The notes under the pieces are model-generated. The model was not told where the DNA came from, searched no databases, and worked only from the letters and a program-made list of their open reading frames with translations. The position numbers and the translations under genes were made by a program. Shown piece by piece: positions 41,201 through 53,200 of a stretch of 64,000 nucleotides of DNA. The stretch is from Phoronis australis. Lineage: Eukaryota; Animalia; Phoronida. Position 1 is the first letter of the stretch. Each line of letters opens with the position of its first letter. The stretch lies in contig NMRA01000094.1 of assembly GCA_002633005.1 (NCBI GenBank), positions 708,597-772,596 of the forward strand. Direction: 5' to 3'.

Positions 41201-44200
41201 AAATGATATCACAATACTTGTATGTATAAAATGATATCACAATACTTGTATGTATAAAGTGATATCACAGTACTTGTATGTATAAAGTGATATCACAGTA
41301 CATATATGTATAACATGACATCATGATACATGTATATACAAAACTGCATAATACTGCTACATATTCATGTCAAATTGAGACGCGTGACTGACAAAAGTTG
41401 AGTTTTGCAAATCACAATTTTCACGATTGGTTATTTCACCAAAGTGTATGCCAAGGTCGGTGCGCCGGTGTCTTGAACAATGTAACAGCCATCAGCATTA
41501 TAAATGATAAGAAATTCAGTCAAAATCTATTTTTGTTATTGCAGCTACATATACAATACTTGTTCATGTTCCAGTTTCAATACCATGCAAGTTATGTCAA
41601 AGTAAAGACAATTCTGATAATTTTGCATATGATGTAACTGTGGGCTATTATGATGTTCAGTTTTTGTTACACTCATGAGGCAAAATTAATGGTCATTTTG
41701 GTGGTTTTCTTTTGTCTTACACTGTAGGTGTGTGACGGACATGCAGTCCAGACAAGTTCATCCAATTGGTTAAACCAGTATAGTGTAGGCTTCATTGTAT
41801 AGTCAGGAACCAAGCAGCAAAAACCTGAGTGAAAATGTTCAATTGAACTCTTACCACAGTTGAAATCTAAGACCAAAAATAAAGTTTGTTAGAATGTGTC
41901 CGTCTGTTTGTTAGAATGTGTCCGTCTGTTTGTTACCATTAAACAATACGGTAAACATTTTGTGGCATTCTACATCTTACTTAAAGTTTGAAAACCAAAT
42001 AATATTATCACCAGTCTGTGATATTTCTCATTTTACTAACAAGAAGTACACCGGAATGGGTTTTAATTGCATCTTGTACTTTATTTTTATCCTTTAACGT
42101 TGCAGACTCTGTGCATCTCTTGAGAGATGGTACAACTTTTTAGGAGTACAGCATTAAATATTAATGTGGCTTTTAAGGCTATGAATTGATTCATGTTGTT
42201 GCTTGCACAGTTAATGTTATGATTTGTTTACTTGATGTAAATTTAGGCCATTTGTGTTATCTTGCTTTACTTTTCTAGAGGACACTGTGTAGATATCACT
42301 CCATAATATTACCTATGGCACAAAATTTTCTATGAGTTGATGACAAAGTTAAAGGAGAATGCCACCCGATTTAATTAATCTTTTTTGCCGTTTTAATCAG
42401 TCTGTATCCACATCGCCTCGCATACGGTCGACCTTACCTTGCCAAGAGGTGTCGTGTTAACCTGTGAGGAAGGTGAGAAACGACACTAGCGACGTCAGTG
42501 GTTCATATGCAGAGTGAATGCCGCTACATGTATGTTGCGGTGCATCGTTCCCGCTTGCCCGAACTAAGCAGCTTCGAGGAAAGCAGGTATAACGTTTTTT
42601 TGCTTCCTCGAGAGTCCGCAATGCTTAGGAAGTGGCTCATGGTAGTGAAGAATGAAATGTACGCTATAAATAGTATGATGCCGTGAAACATCTCAGTGTC
42701 TGTGGCCTGCCGAGTGCAGACGTCGACCGTGCTTGACAAATGCCGGCTTACTAAATAACTCCATACGTTCCGTTGTGTCTGAGCTTGTTCACGGCGCCTC
42801 TCTAGTATTTCTTCATCACTGTATTCCTGTTCGAATTGATAGCCTGTAAAACTTAACGATCCACCTGCGAAGTCGGGACTGATGAGCTCCAGCTCGTCCT
42901 AAGTGGGGATTGCGAGTTGCCATTTTGGCGTTTATTACTGAGCGTTCTCATGAATTATTCTCACCCTAACCAAAAAACTGAAACAAGGTCTGTCTCATTA
43001 GATGCAATTTGTAATGCCTTTGGAGTGTTCGTGAGTGCAAATGATTTGAGAAGCCAGCAATGAACTTCGTTACCGGCTTTAGGTGCAATAAAACTAATTG
43101 ACGGGACACCTAGGCTGTGTGAGCTCATGCTAATTTAGTGTTTGCTGGCAGAAACTGTTGTGAAACAACTCAATTTCCATCCCACAGCCAGGTGGTAGGG
43201 GAATCTTTATTTACATTTACATTACTCAAATAATGATTGTCAATGTACAACTTCTACCCTGACCGTCAGGGCAGGGTGCTGTGGCCAAAGCGGAACCTGA
43301 ATTCGCGTCCCCCAACGAGTAAGTAGATTTGCAGTTTCGTGGCTAATTCATCAACATAATCAGTTGCACATTACTTTGGCTCACTAGTATAGTATTTTCT
43401 TGACTGGAAGTTTAGTTTCCACTGAACTGTGGCTGGTTTATGTTCGTGATTTCTGATCAGTTTCCGAGCCACTAGCGAGGATAACGAGTCAATCAGACCG
43501 GCCGCGATGGGCCTGATCGTGCTCCGAGCCACTGGCGTTTTGTGTTTAGAACTCAAAAATCACAAGTCTAAGCAACACAGATCTAGGTTCTCCTGTCTGT
43601 ATCTCACAGAAAATAATTTGGAAATTATCTAGTCCGACCCCAAACTCTTGCTACGTACCTTATTGGCCTGACGAACTTTGTAGGCTACGGTGTGTCCAAA
43701 TATCAATAAATCCGTAAGAGCGAAATAAAACAACACGTTTTTATAAGAATTCGTTGTTTTCAAGGGTTTTACCTTGAAGTTTGATGATTTATTGCTGTTA
43801 AACGATGACTTCAAGCGATAAGCTGACACCAGTAACCCGTGTTGTGAACGACTGAACAGACTGCGTGTGAAACCGATGACGTCATTGGATAATTTCAACA
43901 CCACCGTCTGCCGTCAGGTGTCAGGTAACGCAACCGTACGTGTCGTTATGGAGTAGAACTACTCGATCTAAATTAATACAAATTGGGTTGTTTTTTGGGT
44001 GGCATGCTCCTTTAAGTCAAAGACAAAAATACTCAAGACCATTAAAGGGGCATTGCCAGTGAGCAAGTGGTGAAAGACTGTGGTTTCAGTCTATCACTCT
44101 TCTGGTGGAACTAAATCCGACGCAATAGATGGCAGGGTATTTTAAACATTTTGGACTGGTCAAGTCACCAGCCTTTATTTCAGCATATGTGTGGCAGACA

Positions 44201-47200
44201 ATGTGAGGATTACTTATTTGTAATAAAATGACAAAACAACGGAATTCATTTTTTATTCTCTGGTCACAGCTAATAACTTCAACAAGTCTATCCCATCCAT
44301 CAATAATAACTTCGACAATTCTATCCCATCCATCAATAATAACTTCAACAAGTCTATCCCATCCATCAATAATAACTTCAGCAAGTCTGTCCAATCCATC
44401 AATAATAACTTCAACAAGTCTGTCCAATCCATCAATAATAACTTCAACAAGTGTATCCCATCCGTCAACAGTAACTTCAACAAGTCTATCCCATCCATAA
44501 GTAATAACTTCAACAAGTCTGCCCCATCCATCAATAACAACTTCAACAAGTCTATCCCCGCCATCAATAATAACTTCAACAAGTCTGTCCCATCCATCAA
44601 TAACAACTTCAACAAGTCTATCCCAGACATCAATAATAACTTCAACAAGTCTATCCCATCCGTCAATAGTAACTTCAACAAGTCTATCTCATCCATCAAT
44701 GATAACTTCAACAAGTCTATCCCATCCCTCAATAATAACTTCAAGAAGTCTGTCCCATCCATAAATAATAACTTCAACATGTGTGTCCCATCCATCAATA
44801 ACAACTTCAACAATTCTATCCCATCCTTCAATAACAACTTCAACAAGTCTATCCCGTCCATAAATAATAACTTCAACATGTCTGCCCCATCCATCAATAA
44901 TAACTTCAACAAGTCTGTCCCATCCATCAATAACAACTTCAACAAGTCTGTCCAATCCATCAATAACAACTTCAACAAGTCTGTCCCATCCATCAATAAC
45001 AACTTCAACAAGTCTATCCCATCCATAAATAATAACTTCAACATGTGTGTCCCATCCATCAATAACAACTTCAACAATTCTATCCCATCCTTCAATAACA
45101 ACTTCAACAAGTCTATCCCATCCATCAATAATAATGTGTTTTTCTGCCATAAAATCAGATAATGTTCCTTTAAGTCATGTCATTTAAAGTTTGTCTATCT
45201 CACAGGGAGTAATGAGACCTTCAAGAACTAAACAGTATTAACCTCTTTTTGAGGTTAGGATTTGATCTTCTGTTCAGTGAAGCTGATGAAGTATTTTTTA
45301 ATGTCTTTTGTAATTACTGTGTCTTGTTTACTAATATTCTGACTTCAGCCATTGCAGTTGGAATTAGTCACTGACTATTATGTGACTTTCTGTTGTGTTC
45401 CATTTATGACCCTCTACTGTTCCACACATGTGACCCCCTGCTGTGGCTGATGCATGACCCCCACTGTGCATGGTCAAGCAGCAGCTAAATAACATGAAGA
45501 CAAGATGAGGAATATTAAGAATAGTTTTTAATTTTTAAATGGAAAAAATATTTAAAAATAACCTGGTCTTATCATGTACTAGTAATTTACTGTAAAATTC
45601 TTCAAGTTGGGACACAATGTGGCAAACAAGTGAAATTTCATTTTGATTATTGTAAGCTTAGTACATTACAACATTTGATTATTGTAAGCTTAGTACATTA
45701 CAACATTTGATTATTGTAAGCTTAGTACATTACAACATTTGATTATTGTAAGCTTAGTACATTACAACATTTGATTATTGTAAGCTTAGTACATTACAAC
45801 ATTTGGTAAAATTTTTAAACGAAGTATATTGTTACTGTAAATACAGCATGGTAGCATTGTTCAAACCACATGTAACTTTAACAGTGGTCAATATGTTATA
45901 GAGGCCCAGGTCATCACCACAGTTTTGGGATCTGAAAACCAACATACTGACTGAGTGTGAAACTCAATAATTGTTTTATTATACAATTACATTCACTAAG
46001 TAATTCATGGAAGGATGTTATATGTATGGGTTTTTGATCATGTCAGTCATTCGTTGGATTAGTCTACTATCAGTTTTTATCCAAAATGATGCGAAGAGAT
46101 TTTGAAAAAATTCAGATGCTGTGAATGAACAAAAAAATACTGATAGTATTTTGTAAAAGATTTGTTGTTTTTTGGCCGTGTAATAGTTGTTGTTAATACA
46201 AAACGATGCCATTTGGTTAAATCAATGCATTTGCAATCTGCGTATCAACACATAGTGCATGCACTAAAGTCTGCACAGATGATGTGTAATTGAAAGTCAT
46301 CGAAAATTTTAGCCATTGAAGACACCTATAGTGAAGGTGGGAACTGCGATGCCTTGGCGCAGGTTTACATTCACCTGGTGGTTTATATTTTGTGGTTATT
46401 TAAAAACAAATATAAATTCAGAATCCTTTGAAATGAAAAGGCTTTTTAAGGAATTGACTTCATTGATGTGCTGGTGGTGCAGTGGTAAAGTTGAAGCTTT
46501 AGACATGAGACTAGGTTTGAGTGAACCAACTTTGAAACAGTGGTATCATGGCCATGGTAGCAGTCAATATTTACTACATAAACCATGTAGGGTAATAATG
46601 ATGTACATTGGTCAGGGCTGGAAATTAACGGTAGTCCAACTGCCAGGGACAACCAATTTGTTTGTCAGGACGAGCTCACGGCCGAGCAGCTTGTCCAACA
46701 GGACAAGTTAATGAATTTTTGCAAACCATAATAATTCTGAATGATCAGAAAATATTTGTTGCAGTGATAACTTACTTATTTAGCCATCAGTGTCAGTAAT
46801 ATGCAGTGGAAATCGGCAAGGTGTTAAGATTATGCAGGGGCTGACTGGACGGAATCTGAAGCACTTGCATTCGAATAGTTCTAGCCAAAGTCATGTGTTC
46901 TCAATTAAAATACACGTCAGCATCTCGCGTAATCCCGCAAGGTTTTGATTTTAGCTAGGTCCAAGCATTCTGAACGCATCCAAAGGGCGCCTCAAACCAG
47001 TTCGTTCAATTTATAAAATCATTTGCATGTTAACACATTTTGACAATATGGTTACAATTAATGAGTTAAATTATTTACCGATAAGACTCAATAATGGTAG
47101 GGATAACTCGCTAGCACGTATTAATAAAACTTTACAATATTTGGCTTTCTTATGGCATGTGTGGAAACGTGTCGTCTGCGCGGGTGTCTGCAGTTACAAT

Positions 47201-50200
47201 GCCAAAAAAATACTTTGTGTGGTTTCAAGTCAACGAGCTCTAATCTTGCAGCTGGTAACCAAACCAAAGGGCGTGGCCACCAAGCAACAGTGTGAAACGA
47301 ATAGACGAAAATGGGAATTCCTTCCGAAATGGAAGGAAAATTTTGACTGGTTACAGTATGATAGTGACCAGAAAATGTGTAGTGTCCCGTGTGAAACATA
47401 CACCCACGCAAACAGTTCATCTCTTGCGTCTGGGTCACATGTGTTTAGGATCGAATCTTTGAAATGTCACCAACAGTCGGTGGCCCACTCAGCAGCTTAC
47501 AAAAAACATTCCATATCTGAATTGAAAAGCCAGGGTAAAGCTGTAGCCTGTTCATACACTGGTGAAATACGAATACCGTACAAATACCCACTTTAATTAA
47601 CTTGTAATATATGCTCTTACAGATGTTTATTCAGATTGTGCTAACAGGTCAATGTGCGACATTCACATATGTTTGAAAAGTACAATTTGAGTTTAATTGG
47701 ACAAGTGTCTTTAGGGCAGGACAAGTAAATTTCATTTCTACTTGTCCCACTGGACAAGTTAAAATAAAACTTTATGTCGAGCCCTGATTGGTCAGTAGCT
47801 GCATACCCATGATGGACATTGTTCAGTAGCTGTAAATCCATTGTGGACATTGGCCAATAGCTGTATACCCTTTTATTTGTGCAATGACATTGTCTACTAG
47901 CTGTGAGTTCAACAATGCTAATTACAACAGTTAATGTTGCATCAAAACTTGTTTAAAAAATGCTCAATTGATTGAGTATCAATTGATGCTATGCCATCCT
48001 GGTATATTGATTGAGTATCGATTCCATGCCATCCTGGTATATTGTTGCAAGGTTCCATTTTATAAAGATATTTTGTCTTTGCTTGACTCATTATTTGATC
48101 ATTCATCTTTTATATTATTCACATTCCTTGGTATAGTCCTGCGTACAGGAAATTGAACTATTAAAACGGATCACAGTGATGGAACTAAGCAATCAAATTG
48201 GCATTTGTTATTTCTTCTCCGAACAACAAACATTTTCTTTCAACTGTCTTATGTATTCATTAAACTACAAAGATAGTGCCTTGCAGGCATTTGTACAGAC
48301 ATGATTCCAAAATCAAGAGTCCAAATTTTCCAAAAATTTTCAGACCAAACATACCCTGCGCCCACCAGCAATGACGGTGCATCAGCAACGCTGTGCCACA
48401 GCACCATTTGGTGGTGTAACCATCCAATAGCATAGTACAGAACAAGAATTTTAGACCCATTGAGAAAGGTGATTTAGAACATCAAAATTTAGGTCTAGGA
48501 TGGTACTAAAGTTAATACATCTGAAAAGATTGGACTAGCGAGCAGTCCAAACTTATTCCAAATACATTAGCGCAATGCGAAAGGTTTTGTTTGGATGAAT
48601 TGTCTTCTTTCTGCCATTTCACATACATTGTGTCATCAGCTTCTCACTGTAAACATGTCTTGAAACAGTAAATTTAACAAGAATAGGAGTGTTAGCTGGT
48701 TATTAGTGCTGAGGTTATGATCAACATTTGGAGTGAGTCAGTGATTCAAGGTATTCTCTGTGGAAAGGATGGCAACAGCAAAGCGATATCTCTTGTGAAA
48801 CTTTAAAGTTAGGACAGTGGAATGCTAGTCCGCCTGTCAAGTGTGAAAGGGCACAATTTGTGACAGTTGGTTATGACATTGATCTAAAATATCTCTAACA
48901 GCAAACCAGTCCGATTAACTCTCATATGAAGGCAGCTTCGGACTGTCATATGTATTCAATAAATAACAAATATTGTGCTTGGACTGCCTTATCTATTCAT
49001 TTGTCAAACATTGTGCTTGGACTATCTTTGTAAAACTACTCCAGGTACTTTCTGATTTGAACATGTTTGGTTAAATCTATAACTATAAACACATTAAGAT
49101 CTAAATTGATTGTTTTTGTCAATTGAGATAAAATTAGCAGCTTTTTCACAGGAAACTTATATTATCAGTTGGTTTAATGTGTTGAGTCATTTAGAGGTGT
49201 GAGATCACAGGTTACATTAGTTGGACTCATGTGCCATAGAAAAAAGTCCAAATTTGGCTTTGTAATATTGGAAATGGTTGATTGGTCTCGTATATGAAAC
49301 TTTCAAATACTTAATTATGTACAGTTCTACAAAATTCTTTTAGGAATCATTTTAGATTGATGGACAGGCTTACCGATGAGGTTCTTCAGACAGTAACCGT
49401 AAACTCTCTCTGTTCAATAACCTAAACTATTGTGCAGCCATCAGACAGTGTTGGAACTCCTTTGGGAATCTCTCACCAGATGGCACTTGCTCTGCCAATT
49501 TTACAGCACAGAGTGCCTCTGAGTATATAAGGCCATCCACTTTAATGAGGCATCACTCTCTTGTTTACAAACTCAACAAGCCTGACATACAACTAGACAC
49601 AGTATTGATATCAATCAACAGTTTGGAGGTGCATATTACTGCTGACTTGATGTGTTGAAATGAACAGAAATAATCTGTGTCTTGATATCTTGAAATAAGT
49701 ATACTGTGTACCGGAGGTGGATTGAAAGCAACATATAGTTGAGCTATTTGATTACTTTTGTGCTTATTGAGCATTTCATTATCAAGATGAAGGACAATAG
49801 CTCATCACTGCATGTACAGTTCTCCATGTTGGCTCCCTGCGCCCTGATGTGGGGCAGTGTTCAAATAGGAGACCAGGTAAGACCTTTGTGGTAAAGATCT
49901 ACTGAAACTGGGGACTGGCTGCTTTTTGTCATACACTTCAACAAAGCATAGTTTGTTAAACCACAGGGGTGTATGGAATTAAGGTAATCTAGCATAGGTC
50001 TAAATTTTCTGGACTTCAATCCGTCATCTTAATTGTTTTTAACATCCAAATTGATAATTTATTTTTTTGTTGTTATTCATAAACAATTTGAATTTTCATT
50101 GATATTTAATGGGGGATACCTGACATTATGTAATAACCACAATAATCTCATATGGTTGATAACTCTGGTGACATAATTTTGTTCCTCCGAATAGAATTGT

Positions 50201-53200
50201 TTGACTAAAAATTTGGATCTTGAAAACTAAGAACCCGAATCTAACTTGAACCCTTGAAATAAAAGGCATTCCTACTCCTACCTTTTTGAAGGAGTCTGTA
50301 TGTTTGACCATTTTGAAACAGTTAAAATAAAATGATCTATTAATTTAGGGTTCTGGATAATTTAGAGCCCTAAAATACAGGATTATTGAAAATAAACCAG
50401 AAACATGCTTTAAATATGGTAATTATTAACAGTGATGGTGAGTGGATAAAGAGACGCTTTTAGATAGATTCACCAAACATTGCGAGCAATACGCCCTTCA
50501 TCATCCGTGTAAGGAAAAATAGTGGATGGATAGGTAAATTAGGCGATCATATTTAGCTCTGTGTTTGCTTTGTGTGTTTTCATTGAGAGAACTGTGTCAT
50601 CTCAGTACTATAATCAGACTTGCAATGAGTGATGTTTCCCTTGTGAAGACGTCAGTCTGTATCTTATCAAATATTCCAAACAGCCCTGTGCTTATTAAGC
50701 ACAACGTTTATGTTCCAACTTACTGGCTAGTATCAAAACACTCTTTGGTTAATAACTCTGGTATTTGTGCTGTTCTGTGACGCAGGATGGTAGAGTTCTA
50801 TAAATCCGTAAGTGTTTATGTTCTTGGCCCTTAACGTCATCGCAGCGTCATCACAGCAGATACATTTCAGGCTGAGAAAATTGCTTAGCTGAGTCTATGA
50901 TTGAAAGTTACTTAGGTCTCTAATTTGGGACCTGCTTACTACATGTGTGGGGAGCATAAACATGTTAACATCTGGTCAACAAGGCTTCTTCTTCAACACA
51001 CAGCCATGTAAAGATTTTGTTTGTTGTGATACCAATGAGGGGGGTGTGTTTGGAATGCAAGTAAACAACCCCAGATTCATTCATTGATACTAGCTATGTG
51101 TGGGATGGTGGACTGGACTGAGACCAACATTTCACATGAATTGTTAATCTCCATGTGGTGCCCAGTTGGTGTAGATACCAGCAATAATCTCAGTGTGGTG
51201 TCCACTAGGTGTTGGTAACAGCAAGGACCCTTGAGTAGTGAACTTTACACAGTTCAAAAACTTGATGACAAGAAATGTAAAGCAACACTTCAGTTCAACT
51301 CAACATTTATGTGATTTCGTATGCAGTTCTTCACAGCGGATCATGTCATGGCCGCTGTTTACCATGGCTAGAACCATAAGCAAGTGCTTTTGTGGAAAGC
51401 ACTCCCCTGTAAACTTTTTGTTTATCAATGCTCGCTTGTCTGTAACCTACCCTAAATATAGGTAACCACCTACCCCGTGAGGGGTACTGAAGCTACCCTA
51501 AATGTAGGTAACCACCCACTCCGTGAGGGGTACTCAAGCTACCCTAAATATAGGTAACCACCCACCCCGTGATTGGTACTGAAGCTACCAAAAACACCTT
51601 AGATCTGTGCATCTTTATTTCTATTTTGCCCGAAATTTCAGACTTATTCTAAGAAGACTGGAACAGGCGTCCGGCGACCCAGTGATGCTCCTGTTTTGAA
51701 ACGTAGCTCGAGACAGTTTGAAAGGTCGGAGAGTAGGAATGAGTTTGGTTGGGCTAAGGCAATGGATCACTTATTTGGTATAGCCGACGAGGCAAGTTAG
51801 AGAAACTAAGATAGCAACCTTGGTCGCTAGTTCTACTTAACTTTTGCTGGCCTTTGTTACGTCTGACGGAGCCTTATGCTGTTTCATTTTTCACTGATTC
51901 TCTTTTTGTTTCCTGCTGGTTCGTTGAATGTTCTGGGCTGTGGTTGTCATGTTGGGTGGTCTTAAGTAGCTGTTCAAGCATTGTCTTCTTGACTTGATAT
52001 CTGAAACACAAAGTGCTTCTGTAGTTAGAATGTCCTTTAGCTAAGCTTAACTGTCTACTTTCAATCCTCCTTTGATAATACAAATATTTCTTAAAGTCAA
52101 ATGATATTACAGCATAAGTTTTTTCTAACTATGTAATTCATGATGGTGCTATGTGACAGCCTAGGGTACTCCCATGTAAGAGGTATATGGGTCATAACTG
52201 TAATTCATGATGGTGCTATGTGACAGCCTAGGGTACTCCCATGTAAGAGGTATATGGGTCATGCCACCTTCAACATTGATGCTTTTTCTATCAAAATGAC
52301 CAATGAAAGAGTGCCTGTTCTAGAAAGTTCCCTACAAATGGAGTCACTTTGACTGAAGCAAGCTCTACAAAGGCTTACTTTTTCCAACTACACATATCTA
52401 AAGAACAATTTTTTTTGTAGGAGACGTACTTATTTTTACTTGACATTTATTCTTGTACTGTTTGAGTAATAATACGTTAAAGATTCTGTAGTCCAAGAAT
52501 CCTTACAACCAATGGTTAGGGTAATGGCTGGATTTTCTAGTAGGCTAAGGATGACTTTTCATAGAAGCTGCCTATAAATGGGTAGAGTCCATTCTCTCTA
52601 TACATGGTCGGGTTTCTTTAGTTTTCCAGCTGCACCCACTTCAAAAATGTTGATGACTGTCCTGAGGGGTGGCATTACTCCCTGTTCATGTGTGCTTCCT
52701 TAGACTCTCTAACCTTATGCTCATGTGCCTTCTCACATCAACTTTAATACATACACTACCACAGTAAATGTGCACTGGAGGACAGAGTTGTTATACCGTA
52801 ATCGTTCGGGTTAATGCCCATGCTCAGTTAACAGCCCATCCCCGACTTTAAGTGGATTTTCGATTTAACCGCCCACTGCTCGGTTAAGCGCCCCCTGCGA
52901 TTTTTGAAGATTTCCAGTTAAGCGCCCACCTCTCGGTTAAGCGCCCATCCCCGACTTTTAAAGAAGGAAGATTTAGCGCCTAGTGCTAAGGAAGCGCGCG
53001 ATTCCCCGACTTTTAGAAAACGATCGATGATCACAATGAGTGCAACGACGCCGGGACTCCGAGACGGTGGTTTAGCAATCTGAATTACAATACAGGTAAC
53101 GAGTTATTGTCTTGGGTCATGAACTCACTTCAAAATATAATACTTGAACCTTTTTGTCACTTTATTTTCTTCCCTTGTTTGCAAACTTTTAAGAACGCCG

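Larger units (their letters stand above)
42353..44011. mobile_element. Kolobok DNA transposon, internally deleted
   Basis: TTAA TSDs (42349-52, 44012-15) and TIR AGGAG(A/C)ATGCCACCC. Carries a decayed THAP start on + and a KolX-like start on -. Confidence 0.85.

Noticed and set aside
44086-45162. Long ORFs (291, 153, 127 and 113 aa) with LRR-like or repeat-protein appearance
   Set aside because: They arise from the 33-bp minisatellite and appear in several frames on both strands, with no splice or domain support.
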